Source: an uncultured Candidatus Saccharibacteria bacterium
Lineage (GTDB): Bacteria > Patescibacteriota > Minisyncoccia > Phycocordibacterales > JACOZG01
Assembly (NCBI GenBank): GCA_964460805.1
Contig: CAYWPU010000003.1
Location: 32,014-96,013, forward strand
Length of the DNA stretch: 64,000 bases
Direction: 5' to 3'
The notes under the pieces are model-generated. The model saw nothing but the letters and a program-made list of their open reading frames with translations, made no database searches and was not told the origin of the DNA. A program made the position numbers and the translations under genes. This document shows, piece after piece, positions 26,313-36,169 of the stretch. Every line of letters starts with the position of its first letter. Positions within the stretch are counted from its first letter, which is position 1.

Positions 26313-26675
26313 CTAAGCCGACGTTTCAGTCGGCTCCCCGACATCTCCAGATTGTCGGGGCTGTAGCAATTTATCAATTTTTTGGCGATGCTTCTCGCCT
26401 TCATCTAGTGCAAAGCGCACCTGCGGCAAGTGGCCAGCGCGCAAGTGCTCGTGCACATAACGGACAAAGTCGCCCCGTTGGCGCTGGGCAAAGCCGAGTG
26501 CCGCGCGCTCTCGCTCCTCCGGCAAAACAGAAAAGAGGATGGTGGCGTGCTGGCCATCGGCCGAGAGCAAGCAATCAGTAACAGTGATCATAGATTGCGG
26601 CCCGGCCACGCGCTGGAGGAACTCAGCCGCGAGTCGCTTCAATTCTGCCACCAGCCGCTCGTTGTGCCTGCTCAT
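26313..26675 (-). CDS. rbfA: ribosome-binding factor A
   Basis: RbfA-like KH-fold N-terminus (RVAELKRLAAEFLQ...ITVTDCLLSADGQHATILFSVL), directly downstream of infB as in the canonical nusA-infB-rbfA context. Confidence 0.75.
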   Translation of the reverse strand: MSRHNERLVAELKRLAAEFLQRVAGPQSMITVTDCLLSADGQHATILFSVLPEERERAALGFAQRQRGDFVRYVHEHLRAGHLPQVRFALDEGEKHRQKIDKLLQPRQSGDVGEPTETSA

Positions 26676-26681
26676 ATCTGG

Positions 26682-28160
26682 CTAGCGCTCCACAATATCT
26701 ACTGCTTCCAGCACGTCACCAACTGCAAGCGGCAACTTGCACTCCACCAGCGCGCCAAACTGGTGATCTGTCCCAACTTCTTTAGCCGGTAATTTCTGTT
26801 CTTGCAATTCCAGCACTTTACCGCGGGCTACTTCGTTATCCCGCCGCCAGACTTTAACCGTTTTGCCGAGCACCAATCGTCCTTCTATTACCACGCCGCC
26901 TACCACTTGCTTATCTCTGGTCTGACTGAAGATTTTTAACAATTTTGCTTTTCCAACAGTGACAACCTCTTCCCGCTTAGGCATTTTAGATTTAATTTTC
27001 TCTTCCAGCCATTCAGACAATTTATAAATAATATTGAACGTGACGATTTCTACACTTAATTTTTCTGCCAGATCAACCGCACTTTTTTCTGCATTGGTGT
27101 TAAAGCCGAGCACAATCTCCGCTCCCAGCTTGATGTCGTTATCACTGATCCGCCCCACGCTTGCGCCCAGTATCTTGAGCCTCACCTGATCGCTGCCCAA
27201 TTTTACCACTTCTTTCTCTAGTGCCTCCAGGCTGCCTGCCACATCAGCCTTTAAGACAAGTGGAATCTCTATCGCGTTCTCCGCGAGAGCAGAAGTCGTG
27301 TTTTTATTCTTCTGTTTTAGGCCAGCCTTTTCTCCCTCAGCTTGTTTTTCCGCCTCTTTTTTGTTTGCAAAAGTTTGGAAATTAGCACCCACTGGCGGCA
27401 AGCTGGCTAATCCGATCACCTGCGCCGGAGCGGCGGGTCCAAGCTCCTTTCTGGCTTCACCAGCAAAGTTCTTGAGATTTTTCACTTTACTAATTTCGCC
27501 AGCAATCACTAGATAGTCACCAGTGCGCAGAGTACCTTCTCGGATGATCAGCATGGCGGCAATGCCGGCGCGCGGATCCAGGTGGCTCTCTAGTACATAG
27601 CCAGTCGCCGTCTTGCTTGAGTCAGCTTCTAAGTTCTGCATCTCGGCCAAGAGCAAGAGTAGATCTAGTAAATCAGAGACACCTTGTCCCGTTTTGGCAG
27701 AGATCTCCGCCACTGGCACTGTGCCGCCGTAACCCTCCAGCAGGATATTTTTTTCAGCTAGTTGTTGCTTAATCAGCTCTGGGTTCGCGTTCGGCCGGTC
27801 TATTTTATTTATCGCTACAATATAAGGCAGATTAGCCGCCGCGATATCTGCTTGCGCTTCCAGCGTCTGCGCTTTTACTCCCTCTTCTGCCGAGATCACC
27901 AGGATAGCAATATCGGCAATCGCCGCTCCGCGCTCGCGCATGCCGGCAAATGCCGCGTGCCCCGGCGTGTCGAGGAAGGTGATAGAGTACCGCTTGCCGC
28001 CGCTCTCGTGGCTCGCCTCGTAAGCGCTGGTGGACTGCGTGATGCCGCCAGCCTCGGTGGCCACCACATTAGATTGCCGAATATAGTCCAGCAGGGTGGA
28101 TTTGCCGTGGTCAATGTGACCCATAACAACAACTATTGGTGATCTGGTGATTTTTGCCAT
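26682..28160 (-). CDS. infB: translation initiation factor IF-2 (short form lacking N-terminal domains)
   Basis: G-domain VVVMGHIDHGKSTLLD, DTPGHAAF, NKIDR, then IF-2 C-terminal beta-barrels. Product is only about 490 aa. Confidence 0.85.
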   Translation of the reverse strand: MAKITRSPIVVVMGHIDHGKSTLLDYIRQSNVVATEAGGITQSTSAYEASHESGGKRYSITFLDTPGHAAFAGMRERGAAIADIAILVISAEEGVKAQTLEAQADIAAANLPYIVAINKIDRPNANPELIKQQLAEKNILLEGYGGTVPVAEISAKTGQGVSDLLDLLLLLAEMQNLEADSSKTATGYVLESHLDPRAGIAAMLIIREGTLRTGDYLVIAGEISKVKNLKNFAGEARKELGPAAPAQVIGLASLPPVGANFQTFANKKEAEKQAEGEKAGLKQKNKNTTSALAENAIEIPLVLKADVAGSLEALEKEVVKLGSDQVRLKILGASVGRISDNDIKLGAEIVLGFNTNAEKSAVDLAEKLSVEIVTFNIIYKLSEWLEEKIKSKMPKREEVVTVGKAKLLKIFSQTRDKQVVGGVVIEGRLVLGKTVKVWRRDNEVARGKVLELQEQKLPAKEVGTDHQFGALVECKLPLAVGDVLEAVDIVER

Positions 28161-28191
28161 AACTCTGTTTAGCACTTATTTGCCCACCGCG

Positions 28192-28635
28192 CTACTTGGC
28201 GATGGCCTGCCGCTCTTCTTTAGTCAGTTCAAATTCTGAAGCACGATTTTTAATTGGCTTGGCATAGACGCTCGTCTTCTCGCGCGAGTAGAGTGTGGAG
28301 ATCACCACGCCGTCACCACGCTCGTCCAAGAGGCCGAGCGCGAAGCTGTGATTCCCGCCCTGGTCGGGGAAGGGATTAAATCGGACAGTCTGGACTTGCT
28401 GGAGGCTCTTCTGTAGACGCTCTTCCATTTTGATCAAGTGTTGCTGGATTGCCTCGTTTACTTTGTCTGTCTCGTTTACACTCTGGACTAGTGCTGTGAT
28501 CGCGTCTTCCAGACTGGCGCCGCTCTTGCCGACCAGTAAACGCCGGAGCCGCCACTCCAGGTAGCCGATCCAGGCGAGCAGGATCAAGACAGCGGCTAAC
28601 AACAAATAGAACGGATCTAGAGCAAATAGTGGCAT
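28192..28635 (-). CDS. membrane-anchored hypothetical protein (DUF4446-like)
   Basis: N-terminal TM, a coiled-coil, and a C-terminal FNPFPDQGGNHSFALGLLDERGDGVVISTLYSRE block reminiscent of DUF4446. Assignment from memory, not tested. Confidence 0.4.
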   Translation of the reverse strand: MPLFALDPFYLLLAAVLILLAWIGYLEWRLRRLLVGKSGASLEDAITALVQSVNETDKVNEAIQQHLIKMEERLQKSLQQVQTVRFNPFPDQGGNHSFALGLLDERGDGVVISTLYSREKTSVYAKPIKNRASEFELTKEERQAIAK

Positions 28636-28662
28636 CGTGACGGAAATTATACTAGAATCGCG

Positions 28663-29721
28663 ATGATGAAGCAAATTAAGCGGATTAACCTAGATGCGGC
28701 AGCGGGTGCGTCCAATCCCTCAAGTATCCACCGCGAGGGAGTACTGGTGAGCCAGAAGTTGGCTCAAGCCAGAGCGCGCGTGGCGCGAGTATTAGATTGC
28801 CAGCCGGACGAGGTTATTTTTACCGGTTCTGGGACAGAGGCAAATAATCTTGCTATTTTTGGCTCGCAACCCAGGCACTTGATCACCACAGAGTCAGAAC
28901 ACGCGTCTGTGTTAGAACCAGCTAAGAGGTTTAGAAACACTTTTCTCGCGCAAGTCACAGATTCTGCGCTGAAAAAAGCACTGGAAAATCAGACAGATCT
29001 GGTTTCTGTGATCTACGCGCATAACGAGATTGGCACAGTGCATGACACTAGAGCGATTAGTAAAATAATCAGAAAATTTAGATTAGCAAATAAGACCAGA
29101 ACGCCTTACCTGCACATAGATGCCTGCCAAGCGGCAAGATTTTTAGACTTAAATGTGCAGAGGCTGGGCGTGGACTTGCTGACGCTAAACGGTAGCAAGC
29201 TTGGTGTGCCGGGCGTGGGTTGCTTGTTTGTGCGGCGTGGAATTAGATTACAGCCGATTGTCTTGGGCGGCGGACAAGAGCAAGGATTAAGATCGGGGAC
29301 GGAAAATGTAGCTGGAATTGTGAAGTTCGCGCGCGAATTGGAGTTGGCTAATAAAAACTGGGAGATAAATAATAAAAAAGTGAGCAAATTACGCGATTAT
29401 TTTATTAAAAAAATATTAAAATTGCCTGGAACTAAATTGAACGGTCCGGAGCCGACGAGTGGCGCTAGATTGGCGAATAACGTGAACGTGAGCTTCTCTG
29501 GTCTGCTGGGCGAGCAGATTGTGCTGGAACTGGATGCGCGCGGTGTGGCTTGTTCTACCGGTGCGGCTTGCAGTTTGCCTGGCAAAAATGACGAGCGTGC
29601 TATAATAGACGCAGTGAGGTTCAGTTTGAGCTTGGAGACGAAAAAGTCAGATTTAAATTATGTTTTAAAAGTCCTGCCGGATATTTTGCAGAAATTAAAC
29701 AGTGTGAAAAATTTAAAATAA
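28663..29721 (+). CDS. class V aminotransferase / cysteine desulfurase family protein
   Basis: [15 protein letters not shown] and PLP-lysine region HIDACQA...[12 protein letters not shown], typical of NifS/IscS-like enzymes. Confidence 0.7.
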   Translation: MMKQIKRINLDAAAGASNPSSIHREGVLVSQKLAQARARVARVLDCQPDEVIFTGSGTEANNLAIFGSQPRHLITTESEHASVLEPAKRFRNTFLAQVTDSALKKALENQTDLVSVIYAHNEIGTVHDTRAISKIIRKFRLANKTRTPYLHIDACQAARFLDLNVQRLGVDLLTLNGSKLGVPGVGCLFVRRGIRLQPIVLGGGQEQGLRSGTENVAGIVKFARELELANKNWEINNKKVSKLRDYFIKKILKLPGTKLNGPEPTSGARLANNVNVSFSGLLGEQIVLELDARGVACSTGAACSLPGKNDERAIIDAVRFSLSLETKKSDLNYVLKVLPDILQKLNSVKNLK

Positions 29722-29722
29722 T

Positions 29723-30307
29723 ATGTTTACTCTAACCAAATTAAATTACGCTTATAACGCACTTGAGCCGTGGATTGATGAGCAGACGATGCTGATTCAT
29801 CACACTAAACACCACCAGGCTTATATTGATAAATTAAACGCCGCGTTGGAGAAGTATCCGGAATTGCAGGAAAAGAGCGTGGAATGGTTGCTGGAGAATC
29901 TGGCTAGCGTGCCGGAAGAAATTAAGACAACAGTGAAAAATAATGCGGGCGGGCACTGGAATCACAGTTTCTTTTGGGAGATTTTGGGTGCAAAAGAGAA
30001 TGAAGAAGCGAAGAATAAGATTGGCGAGAGCTTTGGCAGTTTTGCTAATTTCCAGAAAGAATTTAAAGAGGCGGCTCTCGGCAGATTTGGCTCTGGTTGG
30101 GCTTGGCTCGGTCTAGATCCGGCAGGGAAACTGGTGATAGAGACTACAGCTAATCAGGATACGCCGGTTGCTCACGTAGTCTTGGGTCTGGACCTGTGGG
30201 AACATGCTTATTATCTCAAGTACCAGAACAAGCGCGCGGATTACATAGACGCCTTCTGGAACATTGTGAATTGGGATAAAGTATGGTATATTATGACAAA
30301 TAAATAA
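29723..30307 (+). CDS. sodA: Fe/Mn superoxide dismutase
   Basis: [14 protein letters not shown] metal-ligand motif, ...WEHAYY, and D-x-WEHAYYL C-terminal signature. Confidence 0.9.
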   Translation: MFTLTKLNYAYNALEPWIDEQTMLIHHTKHHQAYIDKLNAALEKYPELQEKSVEWLLENLASVPEEIKTTVKNNAGGHWNHSFFWEILGAKENEEAKNKIGESFGSFANFQKEFKEAALGRFGSGWAWLGLDPAGKLVIETTANQDTPVAHVVLGLDLWEHAYYLKYQNKRADYIDAFWNIVNWDKVWYIMTNK

Positions 30308-30309
30308 AA

Positions 30310-31119
30310 ATGGACGAATTAAATAAAAACCAAATCGTTTTGCTGGTCTTGCTAGTGAGCTTTGTCACTTCTATTGCCACTGGCATCGTAACAGTCACCC
30401 TACTACAGCAGGCGCCTGCGGCCGTAACCCAGACGATCAATCGCGTGGTGGAGCGGACTATTGAGAAGACAGTCCCCGGCGATACCAAAACTGAGACGGT
30501 TATCAAAGAGGTGCCGGTGATTGTGACCGAAGAGCAATTGATTGTGGACGTGATCAACTCGGCCTCACCCTCAGTGGTGCGTATTGCTGGACGCGACGGG
30601 ACAACCATTGGTTCCGGATTTATTGTGGGTGATGCCGGCATGCTCGCGAGTGTGAGCAAGCTCTTCCCAACTCGTCCGGCCGATAGCGAGCCTTATCAAG
30701 TCTTCCTCAGTCAGGGGCGTCAGGGCACAGCGCGGGTGGTGGCCTCCAAGGTTGATCGCGGGGTTACTTTGCTCCAACTAGATCCCGCCAGCTTGCGCGA
30801 TAGCAGAGGTGATCCGGTAACCGTGGCTCAGTTAGCTAAGTTGGAACTCGCCGAGGCTGAGGCCTTACCCGGCCAGACGGTGGTGACGATTGGTGTGCCG
30901 GATAGCGGGCCGATCACCGTCTCTGGCGGTATTGTCTCTGGCCTCTTTACCAACTCCACTACTGGCATTGCTACCATCAATACCAGCGCTGCTAACCAGG
31001 CTAACCTAGGTGGCCCCTTGCTCAATATCCGGGGCAAAGTAATTGGTATCAGCAATGACCCCGGCGTAGCTCTGACCTCTGGGATGATCAACGCCGTGCT
31101 CGCAGGTGTCAGTCAGTAG
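30310..31119 (+). CDS. membrane-anchored trypsin-like (HtrA/S1C-like) domain protein, predicted catalytically inactive
   Basis: HtrA-like blocks GSGFIVGD, DRGVTLLQLD, TVVTIGVPDSGPITVSGGIVSG are present. The His-box lacks His. The Ser box GNSGGP is replaced by ANLGGP. There is no PDZ domain. Confidence 0.6.
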   Translation: MDELNKNQIVLLVLLVSFVTSIATGIVTVTLLQQAPAAVTQTINRVVERTIEKTVPGDTKTETVIKEVPVIVTEEQLIVDVINSASPSVVRIAGRDGTTIGSGFIVGDAGMLASVSKLFPTRPADSEPYQVFLSQGRQGTARVVASKVDRGVTLLQLDPASLRDSRGDPVTVAQLAKLELAEAEALPGQTVVTIGVPDSGPITVSGGIVSGLFTNSTTGIATINTSAANQANLGGPLLNIRGKVIGISNDPGVALTSGMINAVLAGVSQ

Positions 31120-31135
31120 TTTATATTTATTCTCT

Positions 31136-33829
31136 ATGCCTCCATTTGCTAACTTCACTGCCAAAGCTAAAGAAGTGATCAGGAAAACGCACGAGCTGGC
31201 CATTGAGCGCGGGCAGAACCACGTGAGTCCACTGCACTTGCTGGCCGGCTTGCTCTTGCAGGACGAGAGCATGTTTGTGTCTATTTTAGATAAAATTGAA
31301 GTGGATACCGTGATGCTCACGGACTATGTGGTTGAGAGCCTGGAGGGGCAAGAGCAAACGGGAGTGCTCTCGGCGGCTTACCAGATCTATCTCACGCCCG
31401 AGCTGGTGAAAGTTTTTGATACTTCTGGCAAGATCGCCGCTAACTTGCAAGACGAGTTCGTCTCTACCGAGCACTTATTGCTCGCACTGCTGGAGACGCC
31501 GAACCAAGCGCACGAGATCCTGGCGCGCTTTAGAGTTACCAAAGAGCGCGTGCTTAAGGTGTTGCAGGAGATGCGCATGAGTCAGACTCGGGAAGTAGAT
31601 CAGGGTAAAAAGTTTAAAAATATTGAAAAGTTTACTAAGAATCTCACTGATCTTGCGCGGGCGGATAAACTGGATCCGGTCATTGGTCGCGAGGAAGAGA
31701 TCCAGAGACTGATGGAGATCTTGTCTCGCCGGACGAAAAACAATCCAATCTTGATTGGCGAAGCGGGCACGGGCAAAACGGCGATTGCAGAAGGCTTGGC
31801 AATCAAGATCGCCAAGAACGATGTACCAGAGTCGCTGAGAGAGAAGGAGCTGGTCTCGCTTGACTTGGGCCTGCTGGTGGCTGGCACCAAGTATCGCGGT
31901 GAGTTTGAAGAGCGCTTGAAGGGCGTGCTTAAGGAGCTGGAACGCTCGGGTAATAAATTTATCTTGTTTATTGACGAGATTCACACCATTGTGGGCGCTG
32001 GCGCGGCTGAGGGCGCGATTGACGCCTCCAATATGCTCAAGCCGGCGCTCGCACGTGGCGAATTGCGCGCGATTGGTGCCACAACCATCAAAGAATATCA
32101 AAAGTATATAGAGAAAGACCAGGCGCTCACGCGTCGCTTCCAGCCCGTGCATGTGGAGGAGCCCAGCGTGGAGGATGCTATTACTATCTTACGCGGACTC
32201 AAGCCGCGCTATGAGAGTCATCACGGTGTGCATATCACAGATAGTGCGATTGTGGCGGCGGTACAGCTCTCTAGCCGGTATATTACTGATCGCTTTTTGC
32301 CGGATAAAGCTATTGATCTAGTAGACGAGGCGGCGAGCGCGTTGAGACTGCAACTGGAGAATAAGCCGGAGGCGCTGGGTGAGGCGGATACTAAGATCAT
32401 GCATCTGGAAGTGGAAAAAGAAGCGCTGAAAAAAGAGCTTGCGCTGAATGAGTCTAATAGGAAAATAAAAAGCCGAGTGAAGCAGATTGAGAAGGAGATC
32501 GGCGACTTGCGCGAGCAGGTGAGTGAGCTGGAGCTGAAGTGGAAGAACGAGAAGGAGGTGATCAGCGAGATTAAGTCGCTGAAGCGCGACTTGGATAGTT
32601 TGCGACTGGAGGCCGAGCAGGCGGAACTGCGCACGGATCTCTCGCGCGCGGCGGAGATCCGATATGGCAAGATTCCTAATATCCAGAAGGAACTGAAAGC
32701 GCGCGATGCTAAGCTCAAGAAATTGCAGAGCTCTCGGAGAATCTTAAAAGAAGAAGTGACGGACGAGGAGATCGCTAAAGTGGTGGCGCGCTGGACGCAT
32801 ATCCCTGTCACCAAGATGCTGGAGGGCGAGGTGACTAAGCTTGCCCGCGTGGAGGAGGAACTGCGCTCGCGCGTGCGCGGCCAGGACGAAGCGATCCGGA
32901 AGATTGCCGAGGCGGTGAAGCGCTCGCGCGCCGGTGTGGGCGACCCCGACCGGCCGATTGGCTCGTTTATGTTGCTTGGCCCGACTGGCGTGGGTAAAAC
33001 GGAACTTGCTAGAACCTTGGCGCACTTTATGTTTGATGACGAAAAGGCGCTGGTGCGGATTGACATGAGCGAGTATATGGAGAAGTTCTCGGTTTCCAAA
33101 CTAATCGGCTCGCCGCCGGGCTATGTGGGCTATGAGGAAGGCGGCGCGCTCACGGAAATCGTCCGACACAGGCCTTACTCTGTGCTGCTCTTTGATGAAA
33201 TAGAAAAGGCCAATCCAGAAGTCTTCAATATTCTCTTGCAAGTTCTAGACAACGGACGCTTAACTGACGGCAAAGGCCGGACGGTCAACTTTAAGAACAC
33301 CATCGTCATCCTCACGTCCAATATCGGCAGTGAGTTCATCCAGCGCTTGCAGAAGATCGGCTTCTCGGCTGGCGAGAGCTCGGATGCCTCTGACTACAAC
33401 GAGACCAAACAGCGCATTATGGATAGCCTCAAGAATCACTTCCGGCCCGAGTTCTTGAACCGCCTGGACGATATCATCATCTTCAATCCCTTGCCGGCGG
33501 AGGTGATAAAAGAAATTGTAGATATCCAGCTCCGGCTAGTCCGCGAGCGCCTGGCGCACAAGAACATCACGCTCAGTGTCTCGCCCGAGACGATGGCCTA
33601 CCTGGCACGCGAGGGCTATAGCGCCGAGTATGGCGTGCGGCCGCTCAAGCGCTTGATCCAGAACAAGATCTTGAACCAAGTGGCTGAGTTTATCATCGCT
33701 CGCAAGATTGATGCCGCTGGCGGTGTGCTGGAAGTAGGGATGAAGGGCGGCGAGCCAGTGCTGGAGCTCAAGAAGGGGAGCAGGCGCGTGGCTAGGTCTG
33801 ACGGCGTTGCCACAGCTGGTGCTAAGTAG
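31136..33829 (+). CDS. clpB: ATP-dependent chaperone ClpB
   Basis: Clp N-domain repeats, NBD1 [18 protein letters not shown], long middle coiled-coil, NBD2 [17 protein letters not shown], and sensor-2 motif. Start is at an internal Met; the longer ORF begins at 31106. Confidence 0.9.
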   Translation: MPPFANFTAKAKEVIRKTHELAIERGQNHVSPLHLLAGLLLQDESMFVSILDKIEVDTVMLTDYVVESLEGQEQTGVLSAAYQIYLTPELVKVFDTSGKIAANLQDEFVSTEHLLLALLETPNQAHEILARFRVTKERVLKVLQEMRMSQTREVDQGKKFKNIEKFTKNLTDLARADKLDPVIGREEEIQRLMEILSRRTKNNPILIGEAGTGKTAIAEGLAIKIAKNDVPESLREKELVSLDLGLLVAGTKYRGEFEERLKGVLKELERSGNKFILFIDEIHTIVGAGAAEGAIDASNMLKPALARGELRAIGATTIKEYQKYIEKDQALTRRFQPVHVEEPSVEDAITILRGLKPRYESHHGVHITDSAIVAAVQLSSRYITDRFLPDKAIDLVDEAASALRLQLENKPEALGEADTKIMHLEVEKEALKKELALNESNRKIKSRVKQIEKEIGDLREQVSELELKWKNEKEVISEIKSLKRDLDSLRLEAEQAELRTDLSRAAEIRYGKIPNIQKELKARDAKLKKLQSSRRILKEEVTDEEIAKVVARWTHIPVTKMLEGEVTKLARVEEELRSRVRGQDEAIRKIAEAVKRSRAGVGDPDRPIGSFMLLGPTGVGKTELARTLAHFMFDDEKALVRIDMSEYMEKFSVSKLIGSPPGYVGYEEGGALTEIVRHRPYSVLLFDEIEKANPEVFNILLQVLDNGRLTDGKGRTVNFKNTIVILTSNIGSEFIQRLQKIGFSAGESSDASDYNETKQRIMDSLKNHFRPEFLNRLDDIIIFNPLPAEVIKEIVDIQLRLVRERLAHKNITLSVSPETMAYLAREGYSAEYGVRPLKRLIQNKILNQVAEFIIARKIDAAGGVLEVGMKGGEPVLELKKGSRRVARSDGVATAGAK

Positions 33830-33843
33830 TATAGTGGAGCCGC

Positions 33844-33927
33844 GCGTCGGTGGCGGAGTGGTCAATCGCAACAGACTGTAAATCTGTCGCCCTCTGGGCT
33901 ACGTAGGTTCGAATCCTACCCGGCGCA
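33844..33927 (+). tRNA. tRNA-Tyr (anticodon GTA), long variable arm
   Basis: Acceptor GCGTCGG/CCGGCGC (one G-U), D-arm GCGG-AGTGGTCAA-TCGC, anticodon stem-loop ACAGA-CTGTAAA-TCTGT, variable arm, T-arm GTAGG-TTCGAAT-CCTAC. Confidence 0.75.
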
Positions 33928-33935
33928 CATAAACT

Positions 33936-34532
33936 ATGTCTATAAACTGGAAGCAATCTAGTACCTTGGTGTCTCACAGTTATGTTTGTGGTTACTGTGG
34001 TGCATCCATCGCCTCTTCCGTGGGATTTGTCGGTGATTATAAAGATCTTGCAAGCCATATCCCGTCAGCTTACAGCATCTACATCTGTCATTTTTGTGAT
34101 CGTCCAACTTTTTTCACTCGAAATTTTGAAACCCAGACTCCGGGACCAAAATTTGGAAATGATGTACGTGGTGTCGAGGATCAAAAAGTCCTCATGTTAT
34201 ACAACGAGGCTCGCAAGTGCTTCTCTCAGAATGCTTTTACTGCGGTAGTTTTGTCTTGTCGTAAGCTTCTAATGCATGTCGCTGTGGCGAAGGGTGCCCA
34301 GCCAAACTTAAAATTTATCGAATATGTTGAATATCTTTCAGACAAGAACTATATTCCTCCCGATGCCAGAGAGTGGGTAAACCACATCAGGGAAAAAGGA
34401 AACGAGGCAAACCACGAGATTGTTATTATGGATGAAAAAAGTGCCACAGACCTACTCGCATTTTCTGAAATGCTATTGAAGTTGGTGTACGAATTTCCGG
34501 CGAATGTGAAAAATAAGAAAAAGACAACATAG
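33936..34532 (+). CDS. zinc-ribbon + DUF4145 domain protein (defence/abortive-infection-associated family)
   Basis: N-terminal C-x2-C...C-x2-C (CGYCG...CHFCD). C-terminal ARKCFSQNAFTAVVLSCRKLLMHVAVAKG...WVNHIREKGNEANHEI matches the DUF4145 R-x-GN-x-x-H signature. Confidence 0.65.
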   Translation: MSINWKQSSTLVSHSYVCGYCGASIASSVGFVGDYKDLASHIPSAYSIYICHFCDRPTFFTRNFETQTPGPKFGNDVRGVEDQKVLMLYNEARKCFSQNAFTAVVLSCRKLLMHVAVAKGAQPNLKFIEYVEYLSDKNYIPPDAREWVNHIREKGNEANHEIVIMDEKSATDLLAFSEMLLKLVYEFPANVKNKKKTT

Positions 34533-34592
34533 ATCCTACGTTTATATCTCATTCTTGCCTTTTTCTAGCCTTTATATTAGTCTTATTCCACT

Positions 34593-34754
34593 ATGTCACA
34601 AGACCAACTAATCAAGCTGGCCTGCCAGACCTGCAAGCGGGTTAATTATTGGAGCCGCAAGAACCGCAAGCTGGTGGAGCGCAAGATTGAGATCAAGAAG
34701 CACTGCCGCTGGTGCAAGAAGCACACGGTGCATAAGGAGGCTAAGAAAGGCTAA
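34593..34754 (+). CDS. rpmG: 50S ribosomal protein L33 (absent from the ORF track; 53 aa)
   Basis: MSQDQLIKLACQTCKRVNYWSRKNRKLVERKIEIKKHCRWCKKHTVHKEAKKG: C4 zinc ribbon and the NY...KN...KLEL/IKKYC.WC.KHT.HKE pattern of bL33. Confidence 0.8.
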   Translation: MSQDQLIKLACQTCKRVNYWSRKNRKLVERKIEIKKHCRWCKKHTVHKEAKKG

Positions 34755-34811
34755 GGGACAGGCTGATGATGGCGGGTTTACCCGCCGGGGTGATGCGGAG
34801 CAGAACGGAGG

Positions 34812-34883
34812 CGGGCCCGCCGCGACTCGAACGCGGAACCTCGGTTTTGGAGACCGATGTTTTACCATTGAAACTACAGGCCC
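34812..34883 (-). tRNA. tRNA-Trp (anticodon CCA)
   Basis: Reverse complement GGGCCTGTAGTTTCAATGGTAAAAC...loop CTCCAAA...GGTTCCGCGTTCGAGTCGCGG CGGGCCC. Confidence 0.85.
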
Positions 34884-34977
34884 AAGTGAGGGATAAAATG
34901 GGAGCAAGCTCACATTTTTCCCGAGCGCCGGGCATGCATTGTAAATACAGGCCCAACTCTGCTAGGATATAGGAATC

Positions 34978-35739
34978 ATGACAGAAAATCAATTGAGTGG
35001 TAAGGAGCTCTACGAGCAGAAGAAGGCGGAGAAGGCGCGTGGATCCGGTGCGGCTAGCACTGGCGGTTCCGGCTCGCGCTGGTGGACCTGGCTGGTGGTG
35101 GCGCTGGTGTTGGCCGGGGCCGTGTATGGCGTCTATAAGCTGGCTACCAGCACGCCGCCGGGCGGCGCTGGTCCTGCCGGTTCGCTCACCGAGCCGCTCA
35201 ATGCTGGGGATTGGCTAGCCGGCAACCCCGAGGCGGCCATCCAGCTGGTGGAGTATAGCGACCTGCAATGCCCGGCTTGTGCTGACTATGCGCCAATGCT
35301 GGCGCGTTTGGTGGAGGAGCATGGCGAGGAGATCGCTGTAGCCTACCGCCACTTCCCGCTCCGGAGTATCCACCAGAACGCCCAAGCCGCGGCGGAGGTT
35401 GCCGAGGCCGCTGGCGTGCAGGGTAAATTCTGGGAGGCGGTAGAGATCCTCTTCCAGAACCAGAGCGCCTGGGCCAGTCAGATCGCGCCACAGGAGACCT
35501 TCTACCGCCTGCTCGCCCCGCTCGGCCTCAATCTGGTTAAACTCAAGCAAGATGCCGAGAGTAGCGCGGCTAAGAACAAAGTTGACCAGCATTACCAGAG
35601 CGGCCTGCGGAGCGGCGTAGATGCCACACCCAGCTTCTTCCTGAACGGCGAGCGGATCCGCCTACCCAATACTTATGAGGACTTCCGCGATCTCGTGCTT
35701 GGTGTCGTCGCTCCCGCTCCTATTACCAATGTCCAATAA
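34978..35739 (+). CDS. DsbA-like thioredoxin-fold thiol:disulfide oxidoreductase, membrane-anchored
   Basis: N-terminal TM and CPAC active site (VEYSDLQCPACADYAP) in a DsbA/BdbD-like fold. Confidence 0.75.
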   Translation: MTENQLSGKELYEQKKAEKARGSGAASTGGSGSRWWTWLVVALVLAGAVYGVYKLATSTPPGGAGPAGSLTEPLNAGDWLAGNPEAAIQLVEYSDLQCPACADYAPMLARLVEEHGEEIAVAYRHFPLRSIHQNAQAAAEVAEAAGVQGKFWEAVEILFQNQSAWASQIAPQETFYRLLAPLGLNLVKLKQDAESSAAKNKVDQHYQSGLRSGVDATPSFFLNGERIRLPNTYEDFRDLVLGVVAPAPITNVQ

Positions 35740-36169
35740 ACGCTTCTCTATTTTGGTTCTGGTGTTTGCGCTGGTTGGCTTCCTAGACGCCACTTATCTC
35801 AGTATCAAGCATTACACCGGCGGCACCTTGCCCTGCTCTATTTTAGACGGCTGCGATACGGTAACGACCAGCGCTTATGCCAGCTTTGGTCCGGTGCCAG
35901 TGGCATTGCTCGGCGCGCTCTTCTATCTCTCGGTGATTGTGTTAGCGATCCTGCGTCTGCAGAATCAAGATAGCGCCAAGCCTCTTAATCTCATCTTCTG
36001 GCTCTCATCGCTCGCCTTCCTCGCTTCGCTCTGGTTCGTTTATCTGCAGTTCTTTGTTATTAAAGCGCTCTGCTTGTATTGCTTGATCTCCGCCACCACT
36101 TCTACTCTCATCTTTCTGCTAGCGCTCTGGTGGCGTAGGAGAGCACGGCGTGAGGTGCTAGCCAGTTAA
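35729..36169 (+). CDS. vitamin K epoxide reductase (VKOR) family protein (DsbB-functional analogue)
   Basis: 4-TM protein with a loop Cys pair (CSILDGC) and C-terminal CLYC redox motif. Adjacent to the DsbA-like gene, a known DsbA-VKOR pairing. Confidence 0.7.
   Translation: MSNKRFSILVLVFALVGFLDATYLSIKHYTGGTLPCSILDGCDTVTTSAYASFGPVPVALLGALFYLSVIVLAILRLQNQDSAKPLNLIFWLSSLAFLASLWFVYLQFFVIKALCLYCLISATTSTLIFLLALWWRRRARREVLAS

Noticed and set aside
33844-33927. First pass at tRNA-Tyr failed to find an acceptor stem pairing with CCGGCGC.
   Set aside because: Rejected as a failure. With D-stem GCGG/TCGC and one G-U pair, the acceptor GCGTCGG/CCGGCGC closes properly. It is retained as tRNA-Tyr with moderate confidence.
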